From: the human T2T-CHM13v2.0 reference genome, Homo sapiens
Direction: 5' to 3' (one strand)
Length of the DNA: 64,000 nucleotides
NCBI RefSeq assembly: GCF_009914755.1
Contig: NC_060938.1
Shown: one piece after another, positions 15,400 to 28,060 of the stretch
Layout: the number at the start of each line of letters is the position of its first letter
Position numbering within the stretch: the first letter of the stretch is position 1
Translations under genes and position numbers: made by a program
The notes under the pieces: generated by a model
Told to the model about the DNA's origin: nothing
Seen by the model: only the letters and a program-made list of their open reading frames with translations
Databases searched by the model: none

Positions 15400-18300
15400 G
15401 TAGGCGTCAAGGCGCTCCAAATGTCCACTTCCAGATACTACAAAAAGAGTGTTTCAAACCTACTCTGTGAAAGGGAATATTCAACTCTGTGACTGGAATG
15501 CACATATCACAAAGAAGTTTCTGAGAATGCTTCTGTCGAGATTTTATATGAAGATATTCCCGTTTCCATCGAAATCCTGAAATCTATCCAAATATCCCCT
15601 CGCAGATTCTACAAAAAGAGAGTTTCAAAACTGCTCTGTAAAAAGAAAGGTTCAACTCTGTTAGTTGAGTACACACATCACAAACAAGTTTCACAGAATG
15701 CTTCTTTCTAGCTTGTAGGGGAAGATATTCCCTTTATCACCATGGGCCTCAAACCGTCTGAAACGTCCACTTCCATATACTACAAAAAGAGCGTTTCAAA
15801 CCTGCTCTATGAAAGGCAATGTTCAACTCTGTGACTTGAATGCAGACATCACAGAGCAGTTTCTGAGAATGCTTCTGTCTAGATTTTATAGGAAGATATT
15901 CCCGTTTCCAACGAAATCTTCACAGCTATCCAAATATCCACTTGCAGATTCTACAAAAAGAGTGTATCAAAACTGCTCTGTCAAAAGGAAGGTTCTTCTC
16001 TGTTAGGTGAGTGCATACGTCATAAAGGAGTTTCTGACAATGTTTCTGTCTAGTGGTTATGGGAAGATATTTGCTTTTTCACCGTAGGCCTCAGAGCGCT
16101 CCAAATATCCACTTGCACATACTACAAAAAGAGTGCCTCAAAGCTGCTCTCTGAAACGGAATGTTCAACTCTATGAGTTGAATGCAAACATCACAAAGAC
16201 GTTTCTGAGAATGCTTCTGTCTAGATTTGATATGAAGATATTCCCGTTTCCAACGAAATCTTCAAATCTATCCAAATGTCCACTTGCAGATTCAACAAAA
16301 AGTGTTTTTCAGAACTGCTCTATCAAAAGAAAGATCCACCTCGGTTAGCTGAGTTCACACATCACAAACAGGTTTATGAGAATGCTTCTGTCTAATTTTT
16401 ATTTGAAGATATTTCCTTTCTCACCATAGACCTGAAAGCTGTCCTAATGTTCACTTCCAGATACTACAGAAAGAGTGTTTCAAAACTGCTGTACGAAAGG
16501 GAATGTTCAACTCTGTGACTTGAATGCACACATCACAAAGAAGTTTCTGAGGATGCTGCTCTCTACTTTTTATACGTAATCCCGTTTCCAACGAAATCCT
16601 CCAAGCTATCCAAATATCCACTTGCAGATTCCACAGAAAGACTGTTTCAAAACTGCTCTGTCAATAGAAAGGTTCAACTCTGTTAGCTGCGTGCATATAT
16701 CCCAAAGAAGATTCTGAGATTGCTTCTGTCTAGTTTTTATGGGAAGATATTTCCCTTTTCACCGTAGGCGTCAAGGCGCTCCAAATGTCCACTTCCAGAT
16801 ACTACAAAAAGAGTGTTTCAAACCTACTCTGTGAAAGGGAATATTCAACTCTGTGACTTGAATGCACATATCACAAAGAAGTTTCTGAGAATGCTTCTGT
16901 CGAGATTTTATATGAAGATATTCCCGTTTCCAACGAAATCCTGAAATGTATCCAAATATCCCCTCACAGATTCTACAAAAAGAGTGTTTCAAAACTGCTC
17001 TGTAAAAAGAAAGGTTCAACTCTGTTAGTTGAGTGCACACATCACAAACAAGTTTCACAGAATGCTTCTTTCTAGCTTGTAGGGGAAGATATTCCCTTTA
17101 TCACCATGGGCCTCAAACCGTCCGAAACGTCCACTTCCATATACTACAAAAAGAGCGTTTCAAACCTGCTCTATGAAAGGCAATGTTCAACTCTGTGACT
17201 TGAATGCAGACATCACAGAGCAGTTTCTGAGAATGCTTCTGTCTAGATTTTATAGGAATATATTCCCGTTTCCAACGAAATCTTCACAGCTATCCAAATA
17301 TCCACTTGCAGATTCTACAAAAAGAGTGTATCAAAACTGCTCTGTCAAAAGGAAGGTTCTTTTCTGTTAGGTGAGTGCATACGTCATAAAGGAGTTTCTG
17401 AGAATGTTTCTGTCTAGTGGTTATGGAAAGATATTTGCTTTTTCACCGTAGGCCTCAGAGCGCTCCAAATATCCACTTGCACATACTACAAAAAGAGTGC
17501 CTCAAAGCTGCTTTCTGAAACGGAATGTTCAACTCTATGAGTTGAATGCAAACAACGCAAAGACGTTTCTGAGAATGCTTCTGTCTAGATTTGATATGAA
17601 GATATTCCCGTTTCCAACGAAATCTTCAAATCTATCCAAATGTCCACTTGCAGATTCAACAAAAAGTGTTTTTCAGAACTGCTCTATCAAAAGAAAGATC
17701 CACCTCTGTTAGCTGAGTTCACACATCACAAACAAGTTTATGAGAATGCTTCTGTCTAGTTTTTATTTGAAGATATTTCGTTTCTCACCATAGAGCTGAA
17801 AGCTGTCCTAATGTTCACTTCCAGATACTACAGAAAGAGTGTTTCAAAACTGCTGTACGAAAGGGAATGTTCAACTCTGTGACTTGAATGCACACATCAC
17901 AAAGAAGTTTCTGAGGATGCTGCTGTCTACTTTTTATACGTAATCCCGTTTCCAACGAAATCCTCCAAGCTATCCAAATATCCACTTGCAGATTCCACAG
18001 AAAGACTGTTTCAAAACTGCTCTGTCAATAGAAAGGTTCAACTCTGTTAGCTGCGTGCATATATCCCAAAGAAGATTCTGAGATTGCTTCTGTCTAGTTT
18101 TTATGGGAAGATATTTCCCTTTTCACCGTAGGCGTCAAGGCGCTCCAAATGTCCACTTCCAGATACTACAAAAAGAGTGTTTCAAACCTACTCTGTGAAA
18201 GGGAATATTCAACTCTGTGACTTGAATGCACATATCACAAAGAAGTTTCTGAGAATGCTTTTGTCGAGATTTTCTATGAAGATATTCCCGTTTCCAACGA

Positions 18301-21300
18301 AATCCTGAAATGTATCCAAATATCCCCTCGCAGATTCTACAAAAAGAGTGTTTCAAAACTGCTCTGTAAAAAGAAAGGTTCAACTCTGTTAGTTGAGTAC
18401 AAACATCACAAACAAGTTTCACAGAATGCTTCTTTCTAGCTTGTAGGGGAATATATTCCCTTTATCACCATGGGTCTCAAACCGTCCGAAACGTCCACTT
18501 CCATATACTACAAAAAGAGCGTTTCAAACCTGCTCTATGAAAGGCAATGTTCAACTCTGTGACTTGAATGTAGACATCACAGAGCTGTTTCTGAGAATGC
18601 TTCTGTCTAGATTTTATAGGAAGATATTCCCGTTTCCAACGAAATCTTCACAGCTATCCAAATATCCACTTGCAGATTCTACAAAAAGAGTGTATCAAAA
18701 CTGCTCTGTCAAAAGGAAGGTTCTTCTCTGTTAGGTGAGTGCATACGTCATAAAGGAGTTTCTGAGAATGTTTCTGTCTAGTGGTTATGGGAAGATATTT
18801 GCTTTTTCCCCGTAGGCCTCAGGGCGCTCCAAATGTCCACTTGCACATGCTACAAAAAGAGTGCTTCAAAGCTACTCTCTGGAAGGGAATGTTCAACTCT
18901 ATGAGTTGAATGCAAACATCACAAAGACGTTTCTGAGAATGCTTCTGTCTAGATTTGATATGAAGATATTCCCGTTTCCAACGAAATCTTCAAATCTATC
19001 CAAATATCCACTTGCATATTCAACAAAAAGTGTTTTTCAGAACTGCTCTATCAAAAGAAAGATCCACCTCTGTTAGCTGAGTTCACACATCACAAAAAGG
19101 TTTATGAGAATGCTTCTGTCTAGTTTTTATTTGAAGATATTTCCTTTCTCACCATAGACCTGAAAGCTGTCCTAATGTTCACTTCCAGATACTACAGAAA
19201 GAGTGTTTCAAAACTGCTGTACGAAAGGGAATGTTCAACTCTGTGACTTGAATGCACACATCACAAAGAAGTTTCTGAGGATACTGCTGTCTACTTTTTA
19301 TACGTAATCCCGTTTCCAACGAAATCCTCCAAGCTATCCAAATATCCACTTGCAGATTCCACAGAAAGACTGTTTCAAAACTGCTCTGTCAATAGAAAGG
19401 TTCAACTCTGTTAGCTGCGTGCATATATCCCAAAGAAGATTCTGAGATTGCTTCTGTCTAGTTTTTATGGGAAGATATTTCCCTTTTCACCGTAGGCGTC
19501 AAGGCACTCCAAATGTCCACTTCCAGATACTACAAAAAGAGTGTTTCAAACCTACTCTGTGAAAGGGAATATTCAACTCTGTGACTGGAATGCACATATC
19601 ACAAAGAAGTTTCTGAGAATGCTTCTGTCGAGATTTTATATGAAGATATTCCCGTTTCCAACGAAATCCTGAAATCTATCCAAATATCCCCTCGCAGATT
19701 CTACAAAAAGAGAGTTTCAAAACTGCTCTGTAAAAAGAAAGGTTCAACTCTGTTAGTTGAGTACACACATCACAAACAAGTTTCACAGAATGCTTCTTTC
19801 TAGCTTGTAGGGGAAGATATTCCCTTTATCACCATGGGCCTCAAACCGTCTGAAACGTCCACTTCCAAATACTACAAAAAGAGCGTTTCAAACCTGCTCT
19901 ATGAAAGGCAATGTTCAACTCTGTGACTTGAATGCAGACATCACAGAGCAGTTTCTGAGAATGCTTCTGTCTAGATTTTATAGGAAGATATTCCCGTTTC
20001 CAACGAAATCTTCACAGCTATCCAAATATCCACTTGCAGATTCTACAAAAAGAGTGTATCAAAACTGCTCTGTCAAAAGGAAGGTTCTTCTCTGTTAGGT
20101 GAGTGCATACGTCATAAAGGAGTTTCTGACAATGTTTCTGTCTAGTGGTTATGGGAAGATATTTGCTTTTTCACCGTAGGCCTCAGAGCGCTCCAAATAT
20201 CCACTTGCACATACTACAAAAAGAGTGCCTCAAAGCTGCTCTCTGAAACGGAATGTTCAACTCTATGAGTTGAATGCAAACATCACAAAGACGTTTCTGA
20301 GAATGCTTCTGTCTAGATTTGATATGAAGATATTCCCGTTTCCAACGAAATCTTCAAATCTATCCAAATGTCCACTTGCAGATTCAACAAAAAGTGTTTT
20401 TCAGAACTGCTCTATCAAAAGAAAGATCCACCTCGGTTAGCTGAGTTCACACATCACAAACAGGTTTATGAGAATGCTTCTGTCTAATTTTTATTTGAAG
20501 ATATTTCCTTTCTCACCATAGACCTGAAAGCTGTCCTAATGTTCACTTCCAGATACTACAGAAAGAGTGTTTCAAAACTGCTGTACGAAAGGGAATGTTC
20601 AACTCTGTGACTTGAATGCACACATCACAAAGAAGTTTCTGAGGATGCTGCTCTCTACTTTTTATACGTAATCCCGTTTCCAACGAAATCCTCCAAGCTA
20701 TCCAAATATCCACTTGCAGATTCCACAGAAAGACTGTTTCAAAACTGCTCTGTCAATAGAAAGGTTCAACTCTGTTAGCTGCGTGCATATATCCCAAAGA
20801 AGATTCTGAGATTGCTTCTGTCTAGTTTTTATGGGAAGATATTTCCCTTTTCACCGTAGGCGTCAAGGCGCTCCAAATGTCCACTTCCAGATACTACAAA
20901 AAGAGTGTTTCAAACCTACTCTGTGAAAGGGAATATTCAACTCTGTGACTTGAATGCACATATCACAAAGAAGTTTCTGAGAATGCTTCTGTCGAGATTT
21001 TATATGAAGATATTCCCGTTTCCAACGAAATCCTGAAATGTATCCAAATATCCCCTCACAGATTCTACAAAAAGAGTGTTTCAAAACTGCTCTGTAAAAA
21101 GAAAGGTTCAACTCTGTTAGTTGAGTGCACACATCACAAACAAGTTTCACAGAATGCTTCTTTCTAGCTTGTAGGGGAAGATATTCCCTTTATCACCATG
21201 GGCCTCAAACCGTCCGAAACGTCCACTTCCATATACTACAAAAAGAGCGTTTCAAACCTGCTCTATGAAAGGCAATGTTCAACTCTGTGACTTGAATGCA

Positions 21301-22150
21301 GACATCACAGAGCAGTTTCTGAGAATGCTTCTGTCTAGATTTTATAGGAATATATTCCCGTTTCCAACGAAATCTTCACAGCTATCCAAATATCCACTTG
21401 CAGATTCTACAAAAAGAGTGTATCAAAACTGCTCTGTCAAAAGGAAGGTTCTTTTCTGTTAGGTGAGTGCATACGTCATAAAGGAGTTTCTGAGAATGTT
21501 TCTGTCTAGTGGTTATGGAAAGATATTTGCTTTTTCACCGTAGGCCTCAGAGCGCTCCAAATATCCACTTGCACATACTACAAAAAGAGTGCCTCAAAGC
21601 TGCTTTCTGAAACGGAATGTTCAACTCTATGAGTTGAATGCAAACAACGCAAAGACGTTTCTGAGAATGCTTCTGTCTAGATTTGATATGAAGATATTCC
21701 CGTTTCCAACGAAATCTTCAAATCTATCCAAATGTCCACTTGCAGATTCAACAAAAAGTGTTTTTCAGAACTGCTCTATCAAAAGAAAGATCCACCTCTG
21801 TTAGCTGAGTTCACACATCACAAACAAGTTTATGAGAATGCTTCTGTCTAGTTTTTATTTGAAGATATTTCGTTTCTCACCATAGAGCTGAAAGCTGTCC
21901 TAATGTTCACTTCCAGATACTACAGAAAGAGTGTTTCAAAACTGCTGTACGAAAGGGAATGTTCAACTCTGTGACTTGAATGCACACATCACAAAGAAGT
22001 TTCTGAGGATGCTGCTGTCTACTTTTTATACGTAATCCCGTTTCCAACGAAATCCTCCAAGCTATCCAAATATCCACTTGCAGATTCCACAGAAAGACTG
22101 TTTCAAAACTGCTCTGTCAATAGAAAGGTTCAACTCTGTTAGCTGCGTGC
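15400..22150. repeat. 3-HOR-offset (4092 bp) duplicate: ~15400-18050 vs ~19500-22150
   Basis: ORF pairs 16133/20225, 16771/20863, 17173/21265 (both carry tataggaata) and 17497/21589. Also shared: ctctctac, tctaattttt and atttcgtttctc. Confidence 0.82.
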
Positions 22151-25100
22151 ATATATCCCAAAGAAGATTCTGAGATTGCTTCTGTCTAGTTTTTGTGGGA
22201 AGATATTTCCTTTTTCACCGTAGGCGTCAAGGCGCTCCAAATGTCCACTTCCAGATACTACAAAAAGAGTGTTTCAAACCTACTTTGTGAAAGGGAATAT
22301 TCAACTCTGTGACTGGAATGCACATATCACAAAGAAGTTTCTGAGAATGCTTCTGTCGAGATTTTATATGAAGATATTCCCGTTTCCAACGAAATCCTGA
22401 AATCTATCCAAATATCCCCTCGCAGATTCTACAAAAAGAGAGTTTCAAAACTGCTCTGTAAAAAGAAAGGTTCAACTCTGTTAGTTGAGTACACACATCA
22501 CAAACAAGTTTCACAGAATGCTTCTTTCTAGCTTGTAGGGGAAGATATTCCCTTTATCACCATGGGCCTCAAACCGTCTGAAACGTCCACTTCCATATAC
22601 TACAAAAAGAGCGTTTCAAACCTGCTCTATGAAAGGCAATGTTCAACTCTGTGACTTGAATGCAGATATCACAGAGCAGTTTCTGAGAATGCTTCTGTCT
22701 AGATTTTATAGGAAGATATTCCCGTTTCCAACGAAATCTTCACAGCTATCCAAATATCCACTTGCAGATTCTACAAAAAGAGTGTATCAAAACTGCTCTG
22801 TCAAAAGGAAGGTTCTTCTCTGTTAGGTGAGTGCATACGTCATAAAGGAGTTTCTGACAATGTTTCTGTCTAGTGGTTATGGGAAGATATTTGCTTTTTC
22901 ACCGTAGGCCTCAGAGCGCTCCAAATATCCACTTGCACATACTACAAAAAGAGTGCCTCAAAGCTGCTCTCTGAAACGGAATGTTCAACTCTATGAGTTG
23001 AATGCAAACATCACAAAGACGTTTCTGAGATTGCTTCTGTCTAGATTTGATATGAAGATATTCCCTTTTCCAACGAAATCTTCAAATCTATCCAAATGTC
23101 CACTTGCAGATTCAACAAAAAGTGTTTTTCAGAACTGCTCTATCAAAAGAAAGATCCACCTCGGTTAGCTGAGTTCACACATCACAAACAGGTTTATGAG
23201 AATGCTTCTGTCTAATTTTTATTTGAAGATATTTCCTTTCTCACCATAGAGCTGAAAGCTGTCCTAATGTTCACTTCCAGATACTACAGAAAGAGTGTTT
23301 CAAAACTGCTGTACGAAAGGGAATGTTCAACTCTGTGACTTGAATGCACACATCACAAAGAAGTTTCTGAGGATGCTGCTGTCTACTTTTTATACGTAAT
23401 CCCGTTTCCAACGAAATCCTCCAAGCTATCCAAATATCCACTTGCAGATTCCACAGAAAGACTGTTTCAAAACTGCTCTGTCAATAGAAAGGTTCAACTC
23501 TGTTAGCTGCGTGCATATATCCCAAAGAAGATTCTGAGATTGCTTCTGTCTAGTTTTTATGGGAAGATATTTCCGTTTTCACCGTAGGTGTCAAGGCGCT
23601 CCAAATGTCCACTTCCAGATACTACAAAAAGAGTGTTTCAAACCTACTCTGTGAAAGGGAATATTCAACTCTGTGACTTGAATGCAGATATCACAAAGAA
23701 GTTTCTGAGAATGCTTCTGTCGAGATTTTATATGAAGATATTCCCATTTCCAACGAAATCCTGAAATCTTTCCAAATATCCCCTCGCAGATTCTACAAAA
23801 AGAGTGTTTCAAAACTGCTCTGTATAAAGAAAGGTTCAACTCTGTTAGTTGAGTACACACATCACAAACAAGTTTCACAGAATGCTTCTTTCTAGCTTGT
23901 AGGGGAAGATATTCCCTTTATCACCATGGGCCTCAAACCGTCCGAAACGTCCACTTCCATATAGTACAAAAAGAGCGTTTCAAACCTGCTCTAGGAAAGG
24001 CAATGTTCAACTCTGTGACTTGAATGCAAACATCACAGAGCAGTTTCTGAGAATGCTTCTGTCTAGATTTTATAGGAAGATATTCCCGTTTCCAACGAAA
24101 TCTTCACAGCTATCCAAATATCCACTTGCAGATTCTACAAAAAGAGTGTATCAAAACTGCTCTGTCAATAGGAAGGTTCTTCTCTGTTAGGTGAGTGCAT
24201 ACGTCATAAAGGAGTTTCTGAGAATGTTTCTGTCTAGTGGTTATGGGAAGATATTTGCTTTTTCACCGTAGGCCTCAGAGCGCTCCAAATATCCACTTGC
24301 ACATACTACAAAAAGAGTGCTCCAAAGCTGCTCTCTGAAACGGAATATTCAACTCTATGAGTTGAATGCAAACATCACAAAGACGTTTCTGAGAATGCTT
24401 CTGTCTAGATTTGATATGAAGATATTCCCGTTTCCAACGAAATCTTCAAATCTATCCAAATGTCCACTTGCAGATTCAACAAAAAGGGTTTTTCAAAACT
24501 GCTCTATCAAAAGAAAGATCCACGTCTGTTAGCTGAGTTCACACATCACAAACAAGTTTATGAGAATGCTTCTGTCTAGTTTTTATTTGAAGATATTTCC
24601 TTTCTCACCATAGAGCTGAAAGCTGTCCTAATGTTCACTTCCAGATACTACAGAAAGAGTGTTTCAAAACTGCTGTACGAAAGGGAATGTTCAACTCTGT
24701 GACTTGAATGCACACATCACAAAGAAGTTTCTGAGGATGCTGCTGTCTACTTTTTATACGTAATCCCGTTTCCAACGAAATCCTCCAAGCTATCCAAATA
24801 TCCACTTGCAGATTCCACAGAAAGACTGTTTAAAAACTGCTCTGTCAATAGAAAGGTTCAACTCTGTTAGCTGCGTGCATATATCCCAAAGAAGATTCTG
24901 AGATTGCTTCTGTCTAGTTTTTATGGGAAGATATTTCCCTTTTCACCGTAGGCATCAAGGCGCTCCAAATGTCCACTTCCAGATACTACAAAAAGAGTGT
25001 TTGAAACCTACTCTGTGAAAGGGAATATTCAACTATGTGACTTGAATGCAGATATCCCAAAGAAGTTTCTGAGAATGCTTCTGTCGAGATTTTATATGAA

Positions 25101-27040
25101 GATATTCCCGTTTCCAACGAAATCCTGAAATGTATCCAAATATCCCCTCGCAGATTCTACAAAAAGAGTGTTTCAAAACTGCTCTGTAAAAAGAAAGGTT
25201 CAACTCTGTTAGTTGAGTACACACATCACAAACAAGTTTCACAGAATGCTTCTTTCTAGCTTGTAGGGGAAGATATTTCCTTTATCACCATGGTCCTCAA
25301 ACCGTCCGAAACGTCCACTTCCATATACTAAACAAAGAGTGTTTGAAACCTGCTCTATGAAAGGCAATGTTCAACTCTGTGACTTGAATGCAGACATCAC
25401 AGAGCAGTTTCTGAGAATGCTTCTGTCTAGATTTTATAGGAAGATATTCCCGTTTCCAACGAAATCTTCACAGCTATCCAAATATCCACTTGCAGATTCT
25501 ACAAAAAGAGTGTATCAAAACTGCTCTGTCAAAAGGAAGGTTCTTCTCTGTTAGGTGAGTGCATACGTCATAAAGGAGTTTCTGAGAATGTTTCTGTCTA
25601 GTGGTTATGGGAAGATATTTGCTTTTTCACCGTAGGCCTCAGAGCGCTCCAAATATCCACTTGCTCATACTACAAAAAGAGTACTTCAAAGCTGCTCTCT
25701 GAAAGGGAATGTTCAACTCTATGAGTTGAATGCAAACATCACAAAGACGTTTCTGAGAATGCTTCTGTCTAGATTTGATATGAAGATATTCCCGTTTCCA
25801 ACGAAATCTTCAAATCTATCCAAATGTCCACTTGCATATTCAACAAAAGTGTTTTTCAGAACTGCTCTATCAAAAGAAAGATCCACCTCTGTTAGCTGAG
25901 TTCACACATCACAAACAAGTTTATGAGAATGCTTCTGTCTAGTTTTTATTTGAAGATATTTCCTTTCTCACCATAGACCTGAAAGCTGTCCTAATGTTCA
26001 CTTCCAGATACTACAGAAAGAGTGTTTCAAAACTGCTGTACGAAAGGGAATGTTCAACTCTGTGACTTGAATGCACACATCACAAAGAAGTTTCTGAGGA
26101 TGCTGCTGTCTACTTTTTATACGTAATCCAGTTTCCAACGAAATCCTCCAATCTATCCAAATATCCACTTGCAGATTCCACAGAAAGACTGTTTCAAAAC
26201 TGCTCTGTCAATAGAAAGGTTGAACTCTGTTAGCTGCGTGCATATATCCCAAAGAAGATTCTGAGATTGCTTCTGTCTAGTTTTTATGGGAAGATATTTC
26301 CCTTTTCACCGTAGGTGTCAAGGTGCTCCAAATGTCCACTTCCAGATACTACAAAGAGTGTTTCAAACCTACTCTGTGAAAGGGAATATTCAACTCTGTG
26401 ACTTGAATGCAGATATCACAAAGAAGTTTCTGAGAATGCTTCTGTCGAGATTTTATATTAAGATATTCCCGTTTCCAACGAAATCCTGAAATCTATCCAA
26501 ATATCCCCTCGCAGATTCCACAAAAAGAGTGTTTCAAAACTGCTCTGTAAAAAGAAAGGTTCAACTCTGTTAGTTGAGTACACACATCACAAACAAGTTT
26601 CACAGAATGCTTCTTTCTAGCTTGTAGGGGAAGATATTTCCTTTATCACCATGGTCCTCAAACCGTCCGAAACGTCCACTTCCATATACTAAAAAAAGAG
26701 TGTTTGAAACCTGCTCTATGAAAGGCAATGTTCAACTCTGTGACTTGAATGCAGACATCACAGAGCAGTTTCTGAGAATGCTTCTGTCCAGACTTTATAG
26801 GAAGATATTCCCGTTTCAAACGAAATCTTCACAGCTATCCAAATATCCACTTGCAGATACTACAAAAAGAGTGTATCAAAAGTGCTCTGTCAAAAGGAAA
26901 GTTCTTCTCTGCTAGTTGAGTACATACGTCATAAAGAAGTTTCTGAGAATGTTTCTGTCTAGTGGTTATGGGAAGATATTTGCTTTTCCCCGTAGGCCTC
27001 AGAGCGCTGTAAATGTCCACTTGCACATGCTACAAAAAGA

Positions 27041-28060
27041 GTGCTTCAAAGCTGCTCTCTGAAAGGGAATGTTCAACTCTATGAGTTGAATGCAAACATC
27101 CCTAAGACGTTTCTGAGAATGCTTCTGTCTAGATTTGATATGAAGATATTCCCGTTTCCAACGAAATCTTCAAATCTATCCAAATGTCCACTTGCAGATT
27201 CAACAAAGTGTTTTTCAAAACTGCTGTATCAAAAGAAAGATCCAATTCTGTTAGCGGAGTTCACACTTCACAAACAAGTTTATCAGAATTCTTCTGTCTA
27301 GTTTTTATTTGAAGATATATCCTTTCTCACTATAGACCTGAAAGCTCTCCTAAAGTTCACTTCCAGATACTACAGAAAGAGTGTTTCAAAACTGCTGTAC
27401 GAAAGGGAATGTTCAACTCTGTGACTTGAATGCACACATCACAAGGAAATTTCTGAGGATGCTGCTGTCTAGTTTTTATACGTAATCCCGTTTCCAAAGA
27501 AATCCTCCAAGCTATCCAAATACCCACTTGCAGATTCCACAGAAAGACTGTTTCAAAACTGCTCTGTCAATAGAAAGGTCCAACTCTGTTAGCTGCGTGC
27601 ATATATCCCAAAGAAGATTTTGAGATTGCTTCTGTCTAGATTTGATGGGAAGATATTTCCCTTTTCACAGTAGACGTCAAGGCGCTCCAAATGTCCACTT
27701 CCAGATACTACAAAAAGAGTGTTTCAAACCTACTCTGTGAAAGGGAATATTCAACTCTGTGACTTGAATGCAGATATCACAGAGCAGTTTCTGAGAATGC
27801 TTCTGTCTAGATTTTATAGGAAGATATTCCCGTTTCCAACGAAATCTTCCCAGCTATCCAAATATCCACTTGCAGATTCTACAAAAAGAGTGTATCAAAA
27901 CTGCTCTGTCAAAAGGAAGGTTCTTCTCTGTTAGGTGAGTGCATACGTCATAAAGGAGTTTCTGAGAATGTTTCTGTCTAGTGGTTATGGGAAGATATTT
28001 GCTTTTTCACCGTAGGCCTCAGAGCGCTCCAAATATCCACTTGCACATACTACAAAAAGA
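27041..28060 (-). repeat. 6-mer HOR deletion variant (type 1) with hybrid monomer; junction ~27776-27781
   Basis: The register step is 1020 bp. The junction cctactctgtgaaagggaatattc...gcagatatcac|agagcagtttctgag...tttatagg fuses two monomers normally 342 bp apart. Confidence 0.92.

Larger units (their letters stand above)
1..25270 (-). repeat. Layer 1: homogeneous canonical 8-mer HORs with no net indels (~18.5 copies)
   Basis: The register is exactly preserved: 1129+18x1364=25681. Only substitutions were seen between copies. Confidence 0.93.

Noticed and set aside
8200-23220. A true 16-mer HOR (2728-bp period)
   Set aside because: The 2-HOR periodicity holds only locally and mixes with 3-HOR offsets. 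It is better explained as local duplication of 8-mer haplotypes.
1-25270. Calling this the kinetochore site (CENP-A domain/CDR) or a cenRNA gene
   Set aside because: These features are defined epigenetically or by transcription and cannot be read from sequence. An array-edge position also makes it less likely.
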